Assembly (NCBI RefSeq): GCF_000020385.1
Contig: NC_010814.1
Location: forward strand, 390,001 to 422,000
Source: Trichlorobacter lovleyi SZ
GTDB taxonomy: Bacteria > Desulfobacterota > Desulfuromonadia > Geobacterales > Pseudopelobacteraceae
Reading direction: 5' to 3'
Length of the DNA: 32,000 nt
Under the pieces are notes generated by a model. That model made no database searches, had not been told where the DNA came from, and worked only from the letters and a program-made list of their open reading frames with translations. Shown here piece after piece: positions 25,896 through 32,000 of the stretch. Made by a program: the position numbers and the translations under genes. Every line of letters begins with the position of its first letter. The first letter of the stretch is position 1.

Positions 25896-26363
25896 TCAGA
25901 TTTTCTGTTTACCTTTGCTGCGTGTACTATCAGCCATAAGCTCGCTGGGCGACACGCTCCCGTCACGATTATTGTCCATCTTTTGCAGGGTGATCGTTGC
26001 GTCAGCAATCTCATCCGCATCAAGCTCACCGTTACGGTCCTGGTCAAATACCTGGATGAGCGGATGGCTTTTTTGAGGACTGAGCGAGGCTCCGGCATAC
26101 AGGGTAAAGAGCGATATGACAAGCCCGGCAGTTATGGCCATCAAGGATGCACGCTGTCGCACATATGAGGCAAAGGTTCTCCAGTTTACAGCCAGATGCA
26201 GCATGCCGGCTGCCATAAATGCATACCCGATCCATTCATGCAGGGCCTTGACGCCGCCGGTCTTGACGTGAAATGCCAGTAAGACACCGGATATCCCTAC
26301 AACCAGAAATGTTGTTAAAACGAGTGGACTTAGCATTGTGCGATGTTCTGTGCTGCTTATCAT
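25896..26363 (-). CDS. Membrane protein with two C-terminal EF-hand Ca-binding loops
   Basis: There are three or four N-terminal hydrophobic helices (DUF4405-like). These are followed by DQDRNGELDADEI and DNNRDGSVSPSEL, which are canonical DxDxDG-type EF-hand loops. Confidence 0.6.
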   Translation of the reverse strand: MISSTEHRTMLSPLVLTTFLVVGISGVLLAFHVKTGGVKALHEWIGYAFMAAGMLHLAVNWRTFASYVRQRASLMAITAGLVISLFTLYAGASLSPQKSHPLIQVFDQDRNGELDADEIADATITLQKMDNNRDGSVSPSELMADSTRSKGKQKI

Positions 26364-26654
26364 GGTGACTATTCTCCTTTGGGTTAGTGTTGAATATGCC
26401 TGAGGCGCATCAAGCCAGAGTCAGATGAATATGTTGTGAACGAATTGTGAAAAAATATGCACATAGCTCTTGCCGGTTTATGCCGGCTCGTCCCGGCTGA
26501 TTCTTCTGCCACTATGGGTATCCTGACGGATTAGTTCCCGGGCGCCCTGCTCATATTTGCCAAAAATTGCAGCAGGTATTTTGCTGCCGTCTGCGTGCTG
26601 AAACTAAAACAGCTTGAAACTATTAGGTGTTTATTGGTATATGACTTTGGCATG

Positions 26655-26678
26655 CGTTATGTAGTTAAGTATATAGCG
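26655..26678. promoter_or_regulatory. Candidate ModE operator (Mo-box) 1
   Basis: CGTTATGTAGTTAAGTATATAGCG is a 24-nt imperfect palindrome with TAT-rich half-sites. It lies 25 nt upstream of the methyltransferase ATG and shares the CGTTAT-N12-ATAnCG frame with boxes 2 and 3. Confidence 0.55.
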
Positions 26679-26702
26679 AGTCTGGAGAAGAGGGGGATTT
26701 TT

Positions 26703-27365
26703 ATGCAGATTGACGCCAAAAAATTCGACCTGATTGCCCGTAACGTCTTTGCCCCGGCCTATTCGTTGCTGGCGGAACAGATCATGGAGCGCACCGGTAT
26801 CATGAGTGGCCTCTGTCTGGACCTGGGCAGTGGCGGCGGCTATCTGGGGCTGGCCCTGGCCTGGAACAGCAAGCTGCGGGTCTGTCTGCTGGATGAGTCT
26901 GCAGAGATGCAGGCGATTGCCGAGCAGAATATCTACGACAAGCGGCTGGATAACCGGGTGGTGGCGCTGTGCGGCGATGTCCATTACCTGCCGCTCAAGA
27001 ACAACAGTGTCGATCTGGTGGTCAGCCGCGGTTCGGTCTATTTCTGGGATGATCTGGCCCAGGTGCTGCGAGAGATCTGGCGGGTGCTGGCGCCGGGCGG
27101 TCAGGTCTGCATCGGCGGCGGTTTCGGTTCAAAGGCGCTGAAGGATGAGATCGTCGCCAAGATGCGCCAGACTGAGCCGGACTGGCAACCCAGGTGCGGA
27201 AAGTTTGATGACGCATGTTTCCATGACGCCGTCAAGCTGGCCGGTATACCCGACGCAGAGCTGCTGAAAGACGAAAGCGGTACCTGGCTTATTTTTAAGA
27301 AGCCGTTTGAGTATCTGTTGGAGCGGATGGCAGACAATTACGTCACTGCCTGTGACTACAAATGA
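26703..27365 (+). CDS. Class I SAM-dependent methyltransferase
   Basis: It has motif I CLDLGSGGGYLGLALA, the post-I acidic LLDES, and VVSRGSVYFW...LAPGG (Methyltransf_11/25-like). ATG 26703 follows gaggggg. Confidence 0.8.
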   Translation: MQIDAKKFDLIARNVFAPAYSLLAEQIMERTGIMSGLCLDLGSGGGYLGLALAWNSKLRVCLLDESAEMQAIAEQNIYDKRLDNRVVALCGDVHYLPLKNNSVDLVVSRGSVYFWDDLAQVLREIWRVLAPGGQVCIGGGFGSKALKDEIVAKMRQTEPDWQPRCGKFDDACFHDAVKLAGIPDAELLKDESGTWLIFKKPFEYLLERMADNYVTACDYK

Positions 27366-27375
27366 GGAAGATTGT

Positions 27376-27732
27376 ATGACGATTCAGGATGGCATACGCA
27401 GCTTGCTGTGCAGTGTGACGGCCTTGGCCCTGCTCGCCCTGCCGCTGATTAGTGAGGCCCGCACCATTACCGATATGACCGGCAGGAAGGTGCAGGTGCC
27501 GGATCGGATCACCAGGGTTTACGCCAGCTCGCCTCCTGCCACCTATCTGCTGTACGCCCTGGACCCGGCGCTGATTGTCGGCCTGAATTTCCCTCTGAAC
27601 GAGACCGAGGAGCGTTTTCTAAAACCTGCGGATAGCAGATTCCGCACGGCTGTCCGAAGGAGTGCTGCATTTATGATCACAACAAAGCAATGCGTGTTGC
27701 CAGAACAGGGCAGGCAACTGATTAGTACATGA
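27376..27732 (+). pseudogene. 5' fragment of a periplasmic substrate-binding protein gene (FecB/BtuF-type, cluster A), apparently truncated
   Basis: A signal peptide plus ITDMTGRKVQVPDRITRVYASSPPATYLLYALDPALIVGLNFPL is the typical N-terminal strand-helix of siderophore/cobalamin-type binding proteins. After about residue 85 the sequence becomes non-homologous-looking and stops at 118 aa, whereas the family is normally about 300 aa or longer. Confidence 0.45.
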
Positions 27733-27824
27733 AATTACAGTCTGTTATGCCCGGCTTTGTTTTGGCTTGTGTTATGCACCCTTCACAGAACTATGAAAAC
27801 TCTCAGCGAAGAGGGAGTACCCCC

Positions 27825-28811
27825 ATGATTGGTGCTGGATTGAATCTGCTGGCATTACTGCCCTGTCCGGTCAAGGTGCCGATTGAACAGGCCTTTGACG
27901 AATACCTGGCCACCTTGCCGCCTGAGCGTGCAGCCGCGCTGCGCTGCCAGCTGGAAGGAAACGCCAATATTGAGTCGGATTATTACAACACAGTGGAGCA
28001 ACTGACAGAGCTGGACCAGTTTCCGGACATCATCATCTCCCCCGGTTTCAACAGTCTCTTTGAACGTCCCTTTGTGGAGCGGTTCATCCAGACCAACCGG
28101 TTTGTCAGCGTCAACGACTATGCCGGTGACCGGCATCTTTCAGCACTGGGGGTCTGTGATCCCACCGGGCATTACACCATGCTGGCCATGAACCTGCTGG
28201 TGCCGGTGGTGGATCACCGCCGCCTGGGGGGTCGTCCGGTGCCCCGCTGCTGGGCTGATCTGCTCAAACGGGAGTACGAGAACAGTCTGGCCATCCGTGG
28301 CCATAAGGACGGCACCTTTTGTGAGACCCTGCTGCTGGCCATCTACAAGGATACCGGCGTGGAAGGGCTGCGCACGATGGGCAGGAATGTCCGTTATGGC
28401 TGGCATCCTTCCCAGATGGTCAAGGCTGCCCTGGGCAGCAGCGCTGATGCGCCGGCCATCAGTGTCATGCCGCTCTTTTTTGCCCAAACCCTGGTTGGCA
28501 AGGAGCAGTACAGCATCATCTGGCCCGACGACGGTGCCCTGATCAGTCCGGTGACTATGCTGGTCAAGACAGAAAAACGGGCTGAACTGGATGACCTGCT
28601 GGCGTTCTGGGCTGGTCCGCAGGTGGCGTCCATCTTCAGCGGCGCCTTTTTCCCGGCGGTCCACCCGGGGGTGGATAATCAGCTGCCCGAGGCCGCAACC
28701 TTCAAATGGATCGGTTGGGATTACATCATCAACAATGATATCAAAAAGCTGATCAGCGGCGTGAATGCTGCCTTCCGGCAGGGCCGTGGGGAGAACATCA
28801 GATGCGCCTGA
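27825..28811 (+). CDS. PBP-fold (ABC substrate-binding-like) protein, apparently without a signal peptide from the preferred start
   Basis: ATG 27825 has GAGGGAG about 8 nt upstream. N-terminal LNLLALLPCPVKVPIEQAF matches my recollection of a cytoplasmic PBP2-like family. The alternative ATG 27729 has no RBS and would add MKLQSVMPGFVLAC, which resembles a lipobox. Confidence 0.55.
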   Translation: MIGAGLNLLALLPCPVKVPIEQAFDEYLATLPPERAAALRCQLEGNANIESDYYNTVEQLTELDQFPDIIISPGFNSLFERPFVERFIQTNRFVSVNDYAGDRHLSALGVCDPTGHYTMLAMNLLVPVVDHRRLGGRPVPRCWADLLKREYENSLAIRGHKDGTFCETLLLAIYKDTGVEGLRTMGRNVRYGWHPSQMVKAALGSSADAPAISVMPLFFAQTLVGKEQYSIIWPDDGALISPVTMLVKTEKRAELDDLLAFWAGPQVASIFSGAFFPAVHPGVDNQLPEAATFKWIGWDYIINNDIKKLISGVNAAFRQGRGENIRCA

Positions 28812-29488
28812 TAACCGTGGCAGGGCCGCCCTCTTCGGGCAAGACCGCCATCATCTGCAAGACTGCTGAGGCGCTGCAGGCCGATGGTGTCTCTGTTGGT
28901 GTGATCAAGTTTGACTGTCTCTCGTCAGGGGATCAGGCACTGTACGAGCGGCGCGGCATCCCGGCCCGTACCGGGCTGTCCGGCAACCTCTGCCCGGATC
29001 ATTTCTATGTCAGCAACATTGAAGAATGTCTGGATTGGGGCCTGCAGAGCGGCTTTGATCTGCTGATCAGCGAGAGCGCAGGTCTGTGCAACCGGTGCGC
29101 CCCCCATATCAAGGAGGTCTGCGCGGTCTGCGTGATCGATAACTTAAGTGGTGTGGAGACCCCGCGCAAGATCGGTCCGATGCTGAAGATGGCTGATATT
29201 GTGGTGATTACCAAGGGCGATATCGTCTCCCAGGCAGAACGTGAGGTCTTTGTCCACCGCATCCGTCAGGTCAACAGCAGTGCCGTGATCATCCATGTCA
29301 ACGGCCTGACCGGCCAGGGAGGCCATGAGCTGGGGCGGCTGCTGCAAGATGCTGCTGCGGTTGATTCGCTGCAGGGCAAACTGCTGCGCTTTTCCATGCC
29401 GGCCGCACTCTGCTCCTACTGTCTGGGACAACGCCGGATCGGCGCTGATTTTCAGATGGGTAACGTCAAGAAAATGGAATTGGGGTAG
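28802..29488 (+). CDS. G3E-family P-loop GTPase (HypB/UreG/CobW-like metallochaperone type)
   Basis: Walker A GPPSSGKT, a LLISESAGLCNRCAP block comparable to HypB ENVGNLVCPA, and TKGD in place of NKxD are present. It overlaps the upstream stop by 10 nt. Confidence 0.7.
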   Translation: MRLITVAGPPSSGKTAIICKTAEALQADGVSVGVIKFDCLSSGDQALYERRGIPARTGLSGNLCPDHFYVSNIEECLDWGLQSGFDLLISESAGLCNRCAPHIKEVCAVCVIDNLSGVETPRKIGPMLKMADIVVITKGDIVSQAEREVFVHRIRQVNSSAVIIHVNGLTGQGGHELGRLLQDAAAVDSLQGKLLRFSMPAALCSYCLGQRRIGADFQMGNVKKMELG

Positions 29489-29493
29489 CCGCT

Positions 29494-30495
29494 ATGGAAC
29501 GCACCTATGCCGCTATGACCCTTGAGCGGTTGTTTAGCGAACATCCCCATGCACGGGAGTTCTTTTCTGCCCTTGGCCTGTCCGCACTGCCTGAAGACCA
29601 GACCCTGGGCAGAACCGTGGCGGCACTGGATGAAGAGCTGCTGTTGGATGTGGGGATTGAACGCCAGGAGCTGTTGGGACAGTTCTGCGACTACATGGCA
29701 GGGGTGGAACGGCTGCGCAACCAGCAGCAGGCTCTGGTCTCATCGGTCACGGTGCTGGGAGGGCATGACAAGAGCGGCAATCCTGAAAACTTCAGGCTTG
29801 AACTGCGGCCCGGCGAGGTGACCTGCATTGTCGGTCCCACCGGATCAGGCAAGAGCCGCTTTCTGGCAGATATAGAATGGCTGGCCCAGGGGGATAGCCC
29901 CACCGGACGGACGGTCCTGATTAACGGAGCGGCCCCTGACCTGGCCCGGCGCTATGCGGTGGAGCAGAAACTGGTGGCCCAGCTCTCCCAGAACATGAAC
30001 TTTGTGATGGACCTTTCGGCGGAAGAGTTTATCCGGCTGCATGCTGAAAGCCGGATGATAGCTGATCCGGCTGCCATCACCGCCACTATCCTTGAGCTGG
30101 CCAACAGTCTGGCCGGTGAGCAGTTCACCCCGGTCACGCCGGTCACAGCCCTGTCCGGCGGCCAGTCCCGCGCCCTGATGATCGCTGACGTGGCCTGCCT
30201 CAGTAGCTCGCCGATCGTGCTGATTGATGAGATCGAAAACGCAGGGATCGATCGCAAGCGGGCGTTGTCGTTGCTGGCGGATCAGGACAAGATTGTGCTG
30301 ATGGCCACCCATGACCCGATCCTGGCCCTGATGGGGCAGCAGCGGCTGATCTTCAAGAATGGCGGTGTCTCCAGCATCCGCAGCACCAGCCCGGCAGAGC
30401 GGGCCAACCTGACCCTGTTTGAACAGATGGATGCACGCCTGACTGCAGTGCGCCATGCCCTGCGCAACGGGGAAGAGATAGCAGGAAACTTCTGA
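29494..30495 (+). CDS. ABC-type ATPase with an about 100-aa N-terminal extension (DUF1858-like)
   Basis: Walker A GPTGSGKS, signature LSGGQSRAL, Walker B IVLIDEIENAGID and H-loop ATHDP are present. The N-terminus TLERLFSEHPHAREFFSALGL resembles DUF1858. No permease gene is adjacent. Confidence 0.75.
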   Translation: MERTYAAMTLERLFSEHPHAREFFSALGLSALPEDQTLGRTVAALDEELLLDVGIERQELLGQFCDYMAGVERLRNQQQALVSSVTVLGGHDKSGNPENFRLELRPGEVTCIVGPTGSGKSRFLADIEWLAQGDSPTGRTVLINGAAPDLARRYAVEQKLVAQLSQNMNFVMDLSAEEFIRLHAESRMIADPAAITATILELANSLAGEQFTPVTPVTALSGGQSRALMIADVACLSSSPIVLIDEIENAGIDRKRALSLLADQDKIVLMATHDPILALMGQQRLIFKNGGVSSIRSTSPAERANLTLFEQMDARLTAVRHALRNGEEIAGNF

Positions 30496-30586
30496 TCCGT
30501 GGATGTACGCAGAGAGCTGCCAATATTTATAACGTTATTGAATGGTTATCTGCAAGTTTTGAGTCTGTATGATGCGCCAGATCGGT

Positions 30587-30603
30587 TGGCCCAGCCGTTG
30601 CAT
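30587..30603 (+). promoter_or_regulatory. Sigma-54-like promoter (TGGCCC-N5-TTGCAT) upstream of modE
   Basis: tggcccagccgttgcat has GG-N10-GC spacing and a perfect -12 TTGCAT. It is intergenic and about 180 nt upstream of the modE ATG. Confidence 0.35.
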
Positions 30604-30687
30604 ATAAACAAGAAGCGGATCTGCCCTGAGTACTTTTGAGCGATAGCGGCTGGGCAGTGCATGGACTTGTTGCCCGGCCGTATCAAG

Positions 30688-30711
30688 CGTTATTTAGATC
30701 TATACATAACG
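30688..30711. promoter_or_regulatory. Candidate ModE operator (Mo-box) 2
   Basis: CGTTATTTAGATCTATACATAACG has perfect outer arms CGTTAT/ATAACG. It lies 70 nt upstream of the preferred modE start. Confidence 0.55.
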
Positions 30712-30781
30712 TCATTTTGAGTATACTTTTCTCACTATGAACAGCCGTCAGGCAGGAAATCCTCATTCAGGGAGCGTCAGC

Positions 30782-31588
30782 ATGAACAGCGCAGGGACCG
30801 TAGAACTGAACGGGAATCTCTGGTTTACCAGGGACACCAGTAAATTTCTGGGGAACGACCGGATCGCCCTGTTGGAAAAGATCGATGAACTCGGTTCCAT
30901 CACCAGGGCTGCCAAGGCGGTTGGTATCAGTTACAAGACCGCCTGGGAGATCGTGAACCAGATCAACAATCTTGCGGCGGTGCCGTTGGTTGACCGTGCC
31001 ACCGGAGGGAAAGGGGGAGGCGGCGCCAGCCTGACCGTAACAGGTCGCGAGGTGCTGGAACAGTTTCGTGTTGTGCAGGAGGAACACGGAAAATTTTTGA
31101 AAAACCTGGATATGCGTCTTGGTGACACCAACAATCTGTACCAATTTTTACGGAGGATTTCCATGAAAGTCAGCGCACGTAACGTGTTCAGCGGTACCGT
31201 CACATCCATTGCCAAAGGGGCCGTGAACGCCGAGGTTTCACTTGGCCTGAAAGGTGCTACTGCCATTACCGCCGTGGTAACCAACGGCGCAATCACTAAC
31301 CTTGGCCTGCAGGAGGGCATGTCTGCCTATGCGATTGTCAAGGCCAGTTCCGTGGTAATCGGCACAGATCTGGCAGAAGCAAAGCTCAGCACCCGGAATC
31401 AGCTGACCGGTACGATTGCCAAGCTGGTTGAGGGACCGGTCAGTTGTGAGGTTGATCTGGAGCTGCCCGGTGGCAACACCATCAGCGCCGTGATTACCGA
31501 TGGCAGCGCCAAACGGCTGGGCTTGAAGGTTGGCGGCACGGCAACGGCTCTGTTTAAGGCTTCCAGCGTGATTTTAGGGGTCAGCTGA
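30782..31588 (+). CDS. modE: Molybdate-dependent transcriptional regulator ModE (HTH plus two Mop/TOBE domains)
   Basis: RIALLEKIDELGSITRAAKAVGISYKTAWEIVNQINN...ATGGKGGGGASLT is the ModE N-domain. Two copies of SARNVFSGTVTSI...AIVKASSVVIG-type Mop repeats follow. ATG 30782 has GGGAG upstream; ATG 30737 is an alternative start. Confidence 0.85.
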   Translation: MNSAGTVELNGNLWFTRDTSKFLGNDRIALLEKIDELGSITRAAKAVGISYKTAWEIVNQINNLAAVPLVDRATGGKGGGGASLTVTGREVLEQFRVVQEEHGKFLKNLDMRLGDTNNLYQFLRRISMKVSARNVFSGTVTSIAKGAVNAEVSLGLKGATAITAVVTNGAITNLGLQEGMSAYAIVKASSVVIGTDLAEAKLSTRNQLTGTIAKLVEGPVSCEVDLELPGGNTISAVITDGSAKRLGLKVGGTATALFKASSVILGVS

Positions 31589-31616
31589 TGTAGACAAAGG
31601 CACCCCCCCTCAATCC

Positions 31617-31662
31617 CCCCTTGTCAATGGGGAGGTTTTGTAGGCTCTCCCCTGACAAGGGG
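31617..31662. repeat. GC-rich palindromic element downstream of modE (REP-like / possible terminator stem)
   Basis: ccccttgtcaatggggag...ctcccctgacaagggg has arms CCCCTTGTCA/TGACAAGGGG and GGGGAG/CTCCCC with a small bulge. Confidence 0.4.
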
Positions 31663-31741
31663 AGCGGGGAGGGGCTGCAAGGCTGGGGCGGGCTACGTAC
31701 ACAAGGGGCATCAATAGAGCTGTCCCTTTTTTCGGCACTGT

Positions 31742-31765
31742 CGTTATATTTTGAGCACCATAACG
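31742..31765. promoter_or_regulatory. Candidate ModE operator (Mo-box) 3
   Basis: CGTTATATTTTGAGCACCATAACG has the same CGTTAT-N12-ATAACG frame. It lies 18 nt upstream of the modD ATG. Confidence 0.55.
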
Positions 31766-31782
31766 GTGAACGGGGTCTTGGC

Positions 31783-32000
31783 ATGGTTAACTGTCTGGCG
31801 GATAGTGAGATAGAGCGGTTTCTGGAAGAGGATATCCCCTATGGCGATCTGACCACCCATCTGCTGGGGATCGGTCAACAGCAGGGAGAGATCCGTTTCA
31901 GTACCCGTCACCACACCACACTCTGCTGTACTGAAGAGGCAGCACGGGTGTTGACAAAATCCGGTTGCAAGATTACGTGGCAAACGGCCAGCGGCACCAG
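31783..32000 (+). CDS. modD: ModD (quinolinate phosphoribosyltransferase-family molybdenum-transport-associated protein), 5' part; it runs off the window
   Basis: My own translation, MVNCLADSEIERFLEEDIPYGDLTTHLLGIGQQQGEIRFSTR..., shows the ModD/NadC N-terminal pattern EDxxxGDLTTxxLGI. The frame is open to the window end. Confidence 0.7.
   Translation, partial: MVNCLADSEIERFLEEDIPYGDLTTHLLGIGQQQGEIRFSTRHHTTLCCTEEAARVLTKSGCKITWQTASGT

Noticed and set aside
27630-27824. A possible Moco riboswitch in the non-coding-looking stretch (it contains CCGAAGGAG), and also in 26364-26654.
   Set aside because: I found only one short string reminiscent of the motif. I could not assemble the multi-stem architecture or the other conserved blocks. 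It is more simply explained as a deletion scar or promoter region.
30529-30538. ATAACGTTAT, a 10-bp perfect palindrome resembling fused Mo-box half-sites.
   Set aside because: Neither flank completes a 24-nt CGTTAT-N12-ATAACG box, so I do not call it an operator. It could be a degenerate or half-site.

Overview
This 32-kb window is chromosomal DNA at roughly 58-60% GC. Its gene content looks like an anaerobic deltaproteobacterium of the Geobacter/Desulfuromonadales type; that is inference from gene content only. I found no rRNA, tRNA or CRISPR array.

Layout, left to right:
1. 1-8.8 kb, housekeeping: a GH57 glycoside hydrolase 3' end, a GalT-type transferase, a TIGR02757-like protein, a zinc-ribbon/FDFG-repeat membrane protein, SlyD, the yggU-divIVA-yggT cluster, suhB and a fabH paralog.
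2. 8.8-17.6 kb, nitrogen-fixation accessory region: an ANTAR regulator with a degenerate receiver, draG, a macro-like protein, nifB, a GNAT, nifV, an ArsC-type nitrogenase-associated protein and a Cys-rich/SlyD/CowN operon. Sigma-54-type promoters and a leader terminator are present.
3. 18.2-19.8 kb: phnA and purT.
4. About 20.1-26.4 kb, a lower-GC accessory island: an M23 peptidase, a COG3910-type ATPase, an unknown protein, a HEPN-like (Rx4H) protein, an IS110-family element with a long 3' non-coding tail, an IS5-family element and an EF-hand membrane protein.
5. 26.6-32 kb, molybdenum cluster: three copies of a 24-nt CGTTAT-N12-ATAnCG box precede an uncharacterised, permease-less operon (methyltransferase, PBP-fold protein, HypB/UreG-type GTPase, ABC-type ATPase), modE and modD.

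The most interesting candidates are the Mo-box-linked GTPase/ATPase operon, the IS-disrupted HEPN/ATPase cassette, and the ANTAR/sigma-54/terminator circuitry around the nif genes.
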